Below are positions 1-9,492 of a stretch of DNA of 64,000 nt, piece by piece (position 1 is the first letter of the stretch; each line of letters begins with the position of its first letter). The stretch covers positions 111,372-175,371 of the forward strand of contig JAWKUI010000009.1 in assembly GCA_041398705.1 (NCBI GenBank), written 5' to 3'. The notes under the pieces were generated by a model. It had not been told where the DNA came from, made no database searches, and saw only the letters and a program-made list of their open reading frames with translations. This DNA is from Planctomycetota bacterium. Lineage in GTDB: Bacteria; Planctomycetota; UBA1135; GCA-002686595. Both the position numbers and the translations under genes were made by a program.

Positions 1-1
1 G

Positions 2-343
2 CCGGCGGGCAAGACGAGTTTGATGGCGGAAGTGACCGTGCCCGGCGGCCAGCCCTTCCCAGGCCCCGAACTCGAACAGCAAGTCGTCGACGGCTTCGTG
101 CAAGCGGGCCTGATGCGCCGCGAAGAGCTGCTCTTCACCGACCGCAGCACGGTCAACCATGCCTACGTCGTCTTCGACGCCCAGTACGAAGCGCGCCGCA
201 AGGTCGCTTTCGACTGGCTCGACCAGACCGGAGTCATCCCCCTGGGCCGCTTCGGCCGCTTCGAATACGACAACTCCGACCAGATCGTGATCAAGTCGCG
301 CAAACTCGCGGGCGAGCTGCTGGCAAAGCTTTCCCTGCACTAG
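2..343 (+). CDS. C-terminal fragment of an FAD-dependent oxidoreductase (amine-oxidase / UDP-galactopyranose-mutase-like); 5' end lies outside the window
   Basis: The frame is open to the window edge, with no stop upstream of position 20. The C-terminal '...IPLGRFGRFEYDNSDQIVIKS...' resembles the GRxGxxxYxNxD tail of this flavoenzyme group. Family call is by eye only. Confidence 0.45.
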   Translation, partial: PAGKTSLMAEVTVPGGQPFPGPELEQQVVDGFVQAGLMRREELLFTDRSTVNHAYVVFDAQYEARRKVAFDWLDQTGVIPLGRFGRFEYDNSDQIVIKSRKLAGELLAKLSLH

Positions 344-513
344 CAGGGCCCCCGGTTCGCCCTGGGTTTGACCACGCCGCCGTGCATAACGGGCGTGCAA
401 CCCGATTTCCATTGAACCGCTGGCTGCTCGGAACGATCTAGGGTGCGCGGGCGATTGCCACGCATTGCAGTGCTGCCCCGTCAGGTATTCCGGGCAGGCA
501 GAGGACCAGCCAT

Positions 514-1515
514 ATGAACTTCTATTCCATTCCTGTGGCAGCGCTCTGCTTGGCCCCGATGGCCTGCATGCAGGTGAGCCGCCCATGCCCCCGCGATGCA
601 GCGGCGGAAACCTGGGCCATGCCCCCCCGCTCCGAGTCCGGCATCCTCAGGCCGACTGCGCCCCCGGTCCCCTCCGCCGTTTCATGGATCGATGGCCGAA
701 GCGTCCGCCCTTCCGAACCCAGTACGGGCGGCGAAAGGCAGTCCCTAGGCGAATACATTTCGGGGCAGGTCAAACTCATGGGGCAAGAGCTGCTTGTTTC
801 CTATTCAGAGCAACCTCCGGCCGGCTTCTCTCCGCCGGATAGGGTCGAGGACTCTGGAATCTTCAGCGCTTCGTTTGTCCTCCAGGACTATCGTCGGCGC
901 GGCTCCCACGAACTTTACCTCGCTGGCGAGGACCCCAAAGGCAACCCGGTGCTTGAGCATTGGGAGGTTTTGCCCGCCGATTCCGGCTACTTCCAGGTGT
1001 GCATAACCTCCCACCGAAACACCCGCCGGGGAACGCCCGTCGCGCCGGAAGCAAAAGTGGAAGCGTTGCGCGGCAGCCCATTCCTTCCGCAGGACAAGCG
1101 ACCGAAAGCGATGCGCGTTCGACGAGAGCAGCTCTATGCGGGATCCACTCCGGGGCGTCTGACGTCGGTGATCGTGGATGCGGAAGATCGGTACGTGCTG
1201 TATCGGGTGCAAGGGGATTCCCGGCTCCGCCAGTTCTGGTTTGCCACCGAAGAGACGGTAGACATCGCCGATGCCAATTCCATCGGTTTGTTGAGTGGGC
1301 AGATCATTGGTCGTTCCGCCTGGAACTCGACGGATTGCGGCCGGTGCATTCTCTTCGATTTCCTACCGGCGCAATTGAACGACTCCGAGGTGACCCTCTT
1401 GCTGCTTTGCGACATAGATAACGACGGCAACTTTGACCTCATCGAGGAGCTTTCGAACGATGCGTTTGCCCTGCATCCCGCCAGGGCCGACCGAACCGCG
1501 GACTCCAGACGCTAG
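514..1515 (+). CDS. hypothetical secreted protein
   Basis: ATG at 514 followed by a signal-like N-terminus (MNFYSIPVAALCLAPMACMQ). 333-aa ORF with no recognisable motif. Visibly less GC-rich than its neighbours. Confidence 0.45.
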   Translation: MNFYSIPVAALCLAPMACMQVSRPCPRDAAAETWAMPPRSESGILRPTAPPVPSAVSWIDGRSVRPSEPSTGGERQSLGEYISGQVKLMGQELLVSYSEQPPAGFSPPDRVEDSGIFSASFVLQDYRRRGSHELYLAGEDPKGNPVLEHWEVLPADSGYFQVCITSHRNTRRGTPVAPEAKVEALRGSPFLPQDKRPKAMRVRREQLYAGSTPGRLTSVIVDAEDRYVLYRVQGDSRLRQFWFATEETVDIADANSIGLLSGQIIGRSAWNSTDCGRCILFDFLPAQLNDSEVTLLLLCDIDNDGNFDLIEELSNDAFALHPARADRTADSRR

Positions 1516-1698
1516 GGCGTCTGAATCCCGGGTATTGCAGCCTGGCGAAATCGCTTTCGCCGGGCGGCTTTGTTTTTCAGCATAACGCGGGCCGCTGTGC
1601 ACCCCGGACCGCCCCCGGCGGCCCCCTGACGCCGAGTCGTTGGCCCCTTGCCCAAAGCCAACCTTTCGCGGTCTTCCCCTCGCCGTTATCGTGAGTGC

Positions 1699-3414
1699 AT
1701 GAGCCCGCTCTTCTCCGCTGCCCCACTGGTGGCCTGCGCCGCGCTTGCCTGGGCCACGCCCCGAACCGCCCCGCCCATGGATCGCATCACCGGCCAGCCC
1801 TTCGCCACCCGCTCGGTTTCCCTCGCCACGAACGGCATGGCGGCCACCAGTCATCCGCTGGCGACGATGATCGCCCTGGACGTGATGAAAGCCGGCGGCA
1901 ACGCGATCGATGCGGCCATCGCGGCCAACGCCTTCCTCGGGTATGGCGAACCCACCGGCAGCGGGATCGGGGGGGACCTGTTCGCCATCGTGTGGAGCGC
2001 CAAGGAGAAAAAACTCGTCGGACTGAACGGTTCGGGACGTTCGCCGCGCAGCCTCGACCTGGAGACCCTGCGCAGCAAGGTCGATGGCAAGATCCCGCCG
2101 CACGGCCCCTTGTCCGTCAGCGTGCCCGGCTGCGTGGACGGTTGGTACATGCTGCACGAACGCTTCGGTTCCATGCCAATGGAACAGCTGCTGGCCCCCA
2201 CGATCGAAGCCGCGTACGAAGGTCGCCCGGTGCCGCAGACGATCGCCTATTACCTCGAGCGCAGCGCACGGGTGCTCGCGAAGTACCCCGGTTTCGCGGA
2301 GACGTGGATGCCCGGCGGCCATACGCCGCTCGAGGGCGAGCGCTTTGCCAACCCGCGCCTAGCACGGACCTTGAAGCGCATCGCCGAAGGGGGCCGCGAC
2401 GTCTTCTACAAGGGCGAGATGGCGCGTACGATCGCCGACTTCGTGCAATCCCAGGGTGGGTACCTGAGCGAAGAAGACCTGGCCCTGCACCATGGCGAAT
2501 GGGTCGAGCCGGTCTCCACCACCTACCGCGGCGTCGAGCTTTGGGAGCTGCCCCCCAATGGGCAAGGCATCGCCGCCCTGCAGATTCTCAACCTGCTCGA
2601 GCCGTATGACTTGAAGGCCATGGGCCACCAGAGCGCGGACTACGTGCACCTGTTCACGGAAGCCAAGAAACTCGCGTTCGAAGATCGCGCGCGCTTCTAC
2701 GCCGACATGGACTTTGCGGACGTGCCGGTGGATGGGCTCATTTCCAAGGAATACGCGGCGGAGCTGCGCAAGCTCATCGATCCGAAGAAAGCCCAGCAGA
2801 AGTACACCGCCCTGCCGAAACCCCTCGAAGAAGGCGACACGGTCTACCTGTGCACCGCCGACAGCGAGGGCAACATGGTGTCCTTGATCCAGAGCAACTA
2901 CCGCGGCATGGGGTCGGGCATGGTGCCCACGGGCCTCGGCTTCATGCTGCAGGACCGCGGCGAGCTTTTCGATCTGACAGAAGGCCACGCGAACACCTAC
3001 GCACCCGGGAAACGTCCTTTCCACACCATCATCCCCGCCTTCGTGACCAAAGAGGGTGCGCCGTACATGGCCTTTGGCGTGATGGGCGGCGCCACCCAAC
3101 CCCAGGCCCACGCCCAAATCCTGATCCACATGCTCGACTTCGGCATGAACCTGCAGGAGGCCGGGGACGCGGCGCGCATCGTGCACACCGGGTCTTCTCA
3201 GCCTACCGGCGAACGCATGGAGGACGGCGGCAAGTTGCACCTGGAGGATGGTTTCGGGCCGGAGCTGCGCGCCGAACTCACCAAACGCGGCCACCACCTG
3301 GCACCGTCTCCGGGCATCTACGGCGGCTACCAAGCGATCCTCTGGGACGCGAAGAACCGCGTATACCAGGGCGCCAGCGAATCGCGCAAGGACGGGTTCG
3401 CGGCGGGGTACTAG
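1699..3414 (+). CDS. ggt: gamma-glutamyltranspeptidase
   Basis: GGT motifs are present: 'MKAGGNAIDAAIAANAFLG..EPTGSGIGGDLF', nucleophile-Thr context 'EEGDTVYLCTADSEGNMVSLIQSNY', and 'FGVMGGATQPQAHAQ'. Start placed at ATG 1699 (MSPLFSAAPLVACAALAWA, signal-like) rather than the upstream ORF start at 1648. Confidence 0.9.
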   Translation: MSPLFSAAPLVACAALAWATPRTAPPMDRITGQPFATRSVSLATNGMAATSHPLATMIALDVMKAGGNAIDAAIAANAFLGYGEPTGSGIGGDLFAIVWSAKEKKLVGLNGSGRSPRSLDLETLRSKVDGKIPPHGPLSVSVPGCVDGWYMLHERFGSMPMEQLLAPTIEAAYEGRPVPQTIAYYLERSARVLAKYPGFAETWMPGGHTPLEGERFANPRLARTLKRIAEGGRDVFYKGEMARTIADFVQSQGGYLSEEDLALHHGEWVEPVSTTYRGVELWELPPNGQGIAALQILNLLEPYDLKAMGHQSADYVHLFTEAKKLAFEDRARFYADMDFADVPVDGLISKEYAAELRKLIDPKKAQQKYTALPKPLEEGDTVYLCTADSEGNMVSLIQSNYRGMGSGMVPTGLGFMLQDRGELFDLTEGHANTYAPGKRPFHTIIPAFVTKEGAPYMAFGVMGGATQPQAHAQILIHMLDFGMNLQEAGDAARIVHTGSSQPTGERMEDGGKLHLEDGFGPELRAELTKRGHHLAPSPGIYGGYQAILWDAKNRVYQGASESRKDGFAAGY

Positions 3415-3493
3415 CCCAGGGCCCGGAACATAGATCAAGAACGGGCGCACAGCCCGCGACCGGCCCGCCCATTCCGGCTAGCCTGTCGGGGTC

Positions 3494-4264
3494 ATGTATG
3501 CGCTTCTGACCCTGCTCAGCGTCGTCACCCTGGCCCTGCTCTTCGCCCGGGTGGCCACCCAGGCCTTCATCCACACCGGCCTGTCGGAAAGCACCGCCCG
3601 CTTCCAAGCCTGGTCGGCCCTGTCCGGCGTGGGCTACACGACCCGCGAAGCCGAGAGCCTGGTCAACCACCCCGTGCGCCGCCACCTGCTGATGTGGCTG
3701 ATGCTCGTGGGCAACGCCGGCATCATCACCGTCGTTTCCTCGCTCATCCTGACCTTCATGAACACCGCCGAGCACGGCCTCGGCGTCTTCTCGAAACTCG
3801 GAGTGCTGTTCGGCGGCCTGGCCCTGCTTTGGGCCCTGGGCAGCAGCGCCTGGATCGACCGCATGCTCAAGCGCCTGATCGATCGCGCCCTCGACCGCTA
3901 CACCCACATCGGCGTGCAGGACTTCGAAAGCCTCGTCGAACTCTCCGGCAGCTACCGCGTCAGCGAACTCTACATCCAGGAAGGCGACTGGCTCTCCGGC
4001 CGCAGCCTGCGCGAGTCCGGCCTGCGCAACGAAGGCCTCAACGTGCTCGGCATCCGCCGCCAAACCGGCGAATACGAAGGCGAGATGACCCCCACCACCC
4101 TCATCCTCCCCGGCGACGCCATCGTCGTCTACGGCCGCCTCTGCAACATCGAAGCCATCGACCGCCGCAAACGCGGCGGCGAAGGCGACCGCGAACACCG
4201 CCGCGCCATCGAAGCCCGCGAGCAGGTCTTGCAGGAGATCCGCGGCGAAGGCGAGGTGGGTTGA
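3494..4264 (+). CDS. membrane protein with C-terminal TrkA-C (RCK_C) domain
   Basis: Three hydrophobic segments are followed by 'YRVSELYIQEGDWLSGRSLRESGLRNEGLNVLGIRR..GEMTPTTLILPGDAIVVYG', typical of TrkA-C/RCK_C domains. A loop 'SALSGVGYTT' loosely resembles a degenerate K+-channel pore. Confidence 0.65.
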   Translation: MYALLTLLSVVTLALLFARVATQAFIHTGLSESTARFQAWSALSGVGYTTREAESLVNHPVRRHLLMWLMLVGNAGIITVVSSLILTFMNTAEHGLGVFSKLGVLFGGLALLWALGSSAWIDRMLKRLIDRALDRYTHIGVQDFESLVELSGSYRVSELYIQEGDWLSGRSLRESGLRNEGLNVLGIRRQTGEYEGEMTPTTLILPGDAIVVYGRLCNIEAIDRRKRGGEGDREHRRAIEAREQVLQEIRGEGEVG

Positions 4265-4591
4265 GCGGCTGGGCACTCCCCCACCATCGGTGGAAGGTAC
4301 GCGCCGCTCGCATGCATTGTGAGCAGGATCGGCGTATCACCACCCGCGCGGAGTTGCAGCAGAACCTCAGCCTTGTCACCTAGGCCGAGCGTGCAAACAG
4401 CACAAGCGCTCGGCGCACCGAAGGATCCGAGTAGACCGTCACCATCGGCCCATCGTCGATGGCCTTCAACCGGATTCAGATCGGGTGGAGCCATAACGAG
4501 CACAATCGTGCGGATCAGGAGGCACCAATGCCCCTTTTGTCCGCACAATAGATTCCCGGGCGAAACACGTAGGAACGATCGCCATCCCGAT

Positions 4592-5941
4592 TCAGTCAAC
4601 GATCTTGCGCAGCGTGGACTCCTTTGAGAGATCCAAGTCGAGCAGTTCGGTCGTTTTGATATCCCCGCCCCTCGTGAAGGCCAACTTGACCTTGGAATTG
4701 TCGAGGCCGATCACTTGCTTGATCCCCGCCAGGGGCAGCTCTACCGCGATGTTTTGTGCCGGCTTCTCGCCCCTCGACAAGATCGTCTCCAACCTCCAAT
4801 TCTCCGGCTCGCATTGGATTTCGATCGCACCCGCTCCCATGCCCTGCCCCTCCGCCAGAAGGTAGATGCCCCCGTGCACCTCGACCTCACTGTTGGACAC
4901 GAGCAGACGATCCCCCACATGCAACGCGCTGGAGATGGAATAGACTCCGGCTTGCAAGTTCCCAAAAACCAACTCCCCGACTTCTCCACGGACCTTTCGC
5001 TCCTCCAAACGGCGGCGGAAGAAGCCGCCCTCCGTGCTCCCCCCGATGCCCCCCTTCTCGTGGAGCACGACCAAACCATCGGAGATCCCACCGCGTCCCA
5101 CGGCAAATCGAATCTCCGAGGCAGGCTCCTCGGGCCGAACCGAAAACTCGATGCTCTCGCCTGCCCGGCCCTTGCAGGGCCTGGAGAGATAGGAGGTCCC
5201 CGGGGCGGTTGGGTAGTTGTACTCGGCAACCCCATCGTCGCCCACGACAACTTGCCCCACGAAGATCGGGTGCCCAGGCTCCAGCTCGCCTTTGCAAGCC
5301 ATCAAGGTCAAGAAGTTGCCCGAAGTGGGTACCAAGGTCCATTCTCCCGGCACCAAGGCCGTGAGCCCGGTCTCCGCCCGCACGAGTTCTGCCGGCTCCT
5401 TCGCAGCGAGCTCCGCCCACTCGGACATGGCACGATTCCGCCCCATGAACACGGGTCCGCCCCCATCACCCAGCACCCGAACCCGGAACTGCCCCTGGAC
5501 GAACGCCGCCTGGGAATCGTCCCCCAGAGTCAAGTCGATCGGCACAAACGCGAATCCATCCGCCGGCTCCAATCGGGAAAGCCCGCCCTCCCGCTGCCAT
5601 GCACCGCCGCGATCGGTAGTGGTGTGCCGCTCGGTTCCATCGGTATGGATCACCAGGATCTCGCACCCAGGGATCGGGTCCCCCGTCCCCGTATCCATGA
5701 GCACACATGGCGTTGTCCGAGGGAGCAACACGGCCGAGCGCACGGTGCGGCTGGCATCCCGATCCGTGGGTTCAGGCATCCCATCCGGAACGAACTCTTC
5801 GACCGGCACCGCAACCTTCTCCCGCGCACTCCCGAGCCCAGCGCCAGGCCCTTCGGATTTCGGCGATTTCAGGAATATGAGCCCCGCGAGGCATAACGCG
5901 CTCATTCCAGCGAGGGACCACTTTCGGAAATCTGAATTCAT
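4592..5941 (-). CDS. hypothetical membrane-anchored or secreted protein
   Basis: Start placed at ATG 5941 (MNSDFRKWSLAGMSALCLAGLIFL, signal/anchor). The upstream Arg-rich extension of the ORF was discarded. No recognisable domain. Confidence 0.5.
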   Translation of the reverse strand: MNSDFRKWSLAGMSALCLAGLIFLKSPKSEGPGAGLGSAREKVAVPVEEFVPDGMPEPTDRDASRTVRSAVLLPRTTPCVLMDTGTGDPIPGCEILVIHTDGTERHTTTDRGGAWQREGGLSRLEPADGFAFVPIDLTLGDDSQAAFVQGQFRVRVLGDGGGPVFMGRNRAMSEWAELAAKEPAELVRAETGLTALVPGEWTLVPTSGNFLTLMACKGELEPGHPIFVGQVVVGDDGVAEYNYPTAPGTSYLSRPCKGRAGESIEFSVRPEEPASEIRFAVGRGGISDGLVVLHEKGGIGGSTEGGFFRRRLEERKVRGEVGELVFGNLQAGVYSISSALHVGDRLLVSNSEVEVHGGIYLLAEGQGMGAGAIEIQCEPENWRLETILSRGEKPAQNIAVELPLAGIKQVIGLDNSKVKLAFTRGGDIKTTELLDLDLSKESTLRKIVD

Positions 5942-6012
5942 AAGACTCACGCGGCGCAAGACCCGCCCAAACGAAGCCCGACCTCGGGGCCGGATTCCAT
6001 TCCGTAGCGATC

Positions 6013-6495
6013 TTAGTGCTCCGACACTTCGATGTCCCCCAACCGGTAGATCCAATCGACATGATCCCCGGGCAATAGCCCTCCCCACAGGAGCTTGAGC
6101 GCTTTCGAAGAGTGAACCGGCGGGCCCGAGATCCCCAGCCCGCCCCCACCGGGCACCCCGAGGCGGAGTTGCAGAGAAAGTTGCCCCTCCAGGTCTCCGC
6201 GTCCGATGCGAAGCCGGAATGGGGTGACGGTTTGATTGCTGATCAGAATGCAGGTCCCGGCGAGCAGGATTTGGTTGCCGCCGTGCTGGCCTGCGTGGGC
6301 CAGTTGAAAGCCGTCGATGCTCTCACGCTTCCATTCGGGGTACCCCTTGGCCAGGGCGGCGGGAAGCCAAGTCTCCAGGACTTCCAACAGATGGGCCATC
6401 GGTTCGCTGGCCGTGGGCTCCCCTACCGAAATGCCCAGGAGTACCCGCTCGAGGAGTTCTGCGATCGTGTTCTCAGGCGAGTTCGGCATCAACAT
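6013..6495 (-). CDS. hypothetical protein
   Basis: ORF on the same strand, downstream of the TlpA-like gene. Start set at the internal Met (MLMPNSPEN...) because the ORF N-terminus looks like non-coding read-through. No motif recognised. Confidence 0.35.
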   Translation of the reverse strand: MLMPNSPENTIAELLERVLLGISVGEPTASEPMAHLLEVLETWLPAALAKGYPEWKRESIDGFQLAHAGQHGGNQILLAGTCILISNQTVTPFRLRIGRGDLEGQLSLQLRLGVPGGGGLGISGPPVHSSKALKLLWGGLLPGDHVDWIYRLGDIEVSEH

Positions 6496-6709
6496 GCATC
6501 GGGGGCAGATCCGAGTGCGGTCCCCGGGCACGGAAGAGTCTACTCGACTCGGTGGCAGGCGGAGAGTGCACGGAATCCACTCGGTCGCGCCCGCGAACGT
6601 CGGGGGATTCGCCGGCTGCGCTTGGCACCTTGAGCACGCAGCGGACCCAGGTGCGCAAGGCACCTGGGTCCGCTGAGCCGGGGCGGAAGCGCCCCGAGGC
6701 CGCTGGAGG

Positions 6710-7801
6710 TTACTTCGACTCCTGGGCCTTCTTGATCTCCGCCACGAGCTTCGCGATCTTCTCGTCGTAGGCTTCGCCGTTGTGGCCGGTGCCGAGGATC
6801 TTGCCGTCGGGTCCGATCAGGAAGTAGGTCGGGTAGGCGTTGACCTGGTAGAGCTTGGCGATGAGGCCTTCGGGTCCTTGGTAGGCCGCGCGCCAGGTGA
6901 CGCCGTACGTGGCCAGGCCTTCGCGGAACTCCTTGGGTTCATCGCCGGTGTTGACTCCGAGCAGGACGAAAGGGTCGTCTTTGTGGCGCTCCACGAGCGC
7001 CTTGAGGTGCGGCATGCCGCCCTTGCACGGGCCTCACCAGAAGCCGAAGAAGTCGACCAGGACCACCTTGCCGCGGAAATCGGACAGGCGCCAGGACTCC
7101 CCGTCGATGGAGGTTCCGATGAAGTCCGGAGCCATTTCCCCCACCGCGATGTTGGCCTTGTTGATCTGCGCGTTGGCGCGCAGGGCCCACTCGGACTTGG
7201 GGTGTTTGTCGATCAGCTCCTGCAGCAGGGCCTTGCCCTGATCCCGTTGGGCCTGGTCCTTGGACTCCAGCATCAAGCTGCCCATGTGGTACTGGGCGCG
7301 CACGCGAGCGGGCTCACCCGCCTTGTCGTTCTGCTGCACGCGCTTCAGCAGGTTGGCGCGCTGCTCGACGGACAAGTACTTGTTGTCCGCCAGGGTTCCC
7401 AGCATGTCCGGGTACCAGTCGGCCCCGGCGTAGTCGTTCACCAGGCTCTGGAAGTAGTCCAGGGCCTGGGCCGCGCGCTGGTCCTTGTCGACCCCGAGTT
7501 CCTTCTGGTGGTCGAGCATCCAAAGCAGACCGCGGCCGTCGCCCCCGTCCACCAACGCCTGGAAGCGCGGTTGGAACTTCTGGGCCGGCGGATTCGCGCG
7601 CAGCTCGCGGCGTTCGGCCAGGCTCTCGGTGTTGCGGATGGCTTCGCGGAAGGCCTTTTCAGCCTGGTCGAACTCGGCGACCAGGGCTTTGTAGGCATCC
7701 GGGGCCGCGGTTTCGACCTTGGGCGGGTCTTCGGGGGCCACACGCGCAGGTGCGGCCGGGGCTACGCCCAAAAGGGCGAGCAGGGCTAGGGGGAACATCA
7801 T
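6710..7801 (-). CDS. TlpA/ResA-like thiol:disulfide oxidoreductase, candidate selenoprotein (in-frame UGA at 7034-7036 read as Sec), with N-terminal helical domain
   Basis: ORFs 7034..7870 and 6710..7015 share one frame and are separated only by TGA. Read-through gives 'APDFIGTSIDGESWRLSDFRGKVVLVDFFGFW-U-GPCKGGMPHLKALVERHKDDPFVLLGVN', a WCGPC thioredoxin-fold motif with UGA at the first Cys. Signal peptide MMFPLALLALLGVAPAAPA starts at ATG 7801. Confidence 0.75.
7005..7023 (-). promoter_or_regulatory. SECIS-like hairpin 3' of the in-frame UGA
   Basis: Minus-strand AGGGCGG-CAUG-CCGC(A)CCU forms 7 bp with one bulge. It begins 10 nt after the UGA, and its G-containing apical loop starts 17 nt after the UGA. 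That is within the spacing described for bacterial SECIS elements. Confidence 0.45.
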
Positions 7802-7947
7802 GGCGTCGTTGGTTTCGTTTGCGGCAGGGGCCGCGGACCCTCCCAGTATCGCACGCGGGTGGAAATGCACCAGGAGTGGCTCTGTAAGGACTTACGCAGG
7901 GAGCTCCCGGGCGGTCCGCGGCCCCGGCCCTGGTACCCTGGGCCGCC

Positions 7948-9492
7948 ATGGCCCTGATCCACTTCCTAGAACACACCGCCGCCGGCCGCCCGGGCCAGAC
8001 CGCGTACCTGCGCCGCGGGATGCCGGTGACCTACGCCGAGCTGCGGGCCGATGTGGCCCGCTTGGCCGGCACGTGGGCCGCAGCAGGCGTGATGGCGGGC
8101 GACCGGGTGGCGGTGCTCGCCGGCAACAGCCCGCGCTTCCTCGAAGCCTACTTCGCCGCCGCCGAGCTGCGCGCCGTGCTCGTCCCCCTCGGCACGCGCC
8201 TCGCGCCGCCCGAGCTCGCCGCGATCCTCGAACTCGCCCAGGCCCGCGTGCTCTGCATCGACCCCGGGCACACCGAACTCGCGCGCCGAATCGCAAGGGC
8301 CCCGCACCTGGGCCTGGCCCATTGGGCCGATGTCGAACAACCCGGTTTGACCTGGCTCGAAGCCCCCACCGCCCCCTGGCCCGGCGGCTTCCCCGCCCCC
8401 TCGGACCTCGCGCACCTCTACTTCACGAGCGGCACCACCGGCCGGCCGAAGGGTGTGATGCTCACGCACAAGAACGTCGCCGAACACGCGCGCCAGGCCA
8501 TCGCCGAATTGGGCCTGCGCCCCGCGGACGGCTGGGGCCACTTCGCCCCGATGTTCCACCTCGCCGACGCATGGGCCACCTTCGCGGCCACCGCCGCCGG
8601 CGCACGCCACCACTTCCTCGAACGGTTCGAAGCCGACGCGGCCCTGCAGCAACTCCAGGACGAAGCGATCACCCTCAGCAACCTCGTGCCGACGATGCTG
8701 CAGCGCATGCTCGCCCTGCCGCGGCCCGCGGGCGAATGGAACCGCCTGCGCCTCGTGCTCTCCGGTGGGGCCCCGATCGCGCCGTCCCTGGTGCAACGCA
8801 TCATGGACTTCTTCGGCTGCGAGTACGCGCAGACCTACGGGTTGACCGAAACGAGCCCGTACCTGACCTTCAGCCTGCCGCGCCCCGGCGAGCGGCACCC
8901 GGAGGGGCCCGCGGGCATCGCGCGCCGGGCGCGCACGGGCCGTGCCTTCGGCCGCGTGGGCTTGCGCGTCGTCGACGAAGCCGGCAACGACGTGCCCCAG
9001 GACGACCGGGCCGTCGGAGAGATCTGGGCCAGCGGCCCCACGGTCACGCCCGGCTACTGGCGCGACGCCGACGCCACCGCCGCCGCGTTTGCCGGCGAGT
9101 GGTTCCGGACCGGGGACCTGGCCACGTGGGATGCAACCGGCAGCGTCAACATCGTCGACCGCAAGAAGGACATGATCCTGACCGGCGGCGAGAACGTGTA
9201 TTCGATCGAAGTTGAAGCCGCGCTGCTCGCTTATCCCGGGGTGCTCGAGGCCGCGGCCTTCGGCGTTCCCGACGCGGATTGGGGCGAAGCCGTCTGGGCC
9301 GCCGTGGTCTGGGCGCCGGGCGCCACGGCCGACCTCGAGCGCTTGCAGCAGCACCTGCACGCCCAATTGGCGGGGTACAAATGTCCCAAACGCATCCTGG
9401 AATGCCCCGAGCTGCCAAAAACGAGTTCCGGAAAGATCCAAAAGCGCTTGCTGCGTGAATCGCTGCGCCCGGGAGGTACCCTGGCCCCATGA
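7948..9492 (+). CDS. AMP-dependent acyl-CoA synthetase/ligase
   Basis: AMP-binding signature 'YFTSGTTGRPKGVMLTHKN', plus 'YGLTETSP', 'WFRTGDLA' and 'DRKKDMILTGGENVYSIEVE', with the C-terminal 'LPKTSSGKIQKR' lysine motif. Confidence 0.85.
   Translation: MALIHFLEHTAAGRPGQTAYLRRGMPVTYAELRADVARLAGTWAAAGVMAGDRVAVLAGNSPRFLEAYFAAAELRAVLVPLGTRLAPPELAAILELAQARVLCIDPGHTELARRIARAPHLGLAHWADVEQPGLTWLEAPTAPWPGGFPAPSDLAHLYFTSGTTGRPKGVMLTHKNVAEHARQAIAELGLRPADGWGHFAPMFHLADAWATFAATAAGARHHFLERFEADAALQQLQDEAITLSNLVPTMLQRMLALPRPAGEWNRLRLVLSGGAPIAPSLVQRIMDFFGCEYAQTYGLTETSPYLTFSLPRPGERHPEGPAGIARRARTGRAFGRVGLRVVDEAGNDVPQDDRAVGEIWASGPTVTPGYWRDADATAAAFAGEWFRTGDLATWDATGSVNIVDRKKDMILTGGENVYSIEVEAALLAYPGVLEAAAFGVPDADWGEAVWAAVVWAPGATADLERLQQHLHAQLAGYKCPKRILECPELPKTSSGKIQKRLLRESLRPGGTLAP

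Noticed and set aside
1648-1698. N-terminal extensions of several ORFs upstream of the chosen starts. Examples: ggt from 1648, MetE-like from 16599, RluA from 30157, mqnA from 34696, lipase from 39742, Lon-like from 53029.
   Set aside because: The extensions are Arg/Pro-rich and overlap upstream genes or intergenic DNA. Internal starts give proper signal peptides, lipoboxes or family-typical N-termini, and often form ATGA/GTGA coupling with the upstream stop.
4265-4591. 327-bp convergent intergenic region with small ORFs (for example 4319..4627 +) and visibly lower GC. Checked for a small gene or ncRNA.
   Set aside because: The ORF products are low-complexity with no start context or motif, and I could not recognise any conserved RNA structure. 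Left unannotated. The GC drop was judged by eye only.
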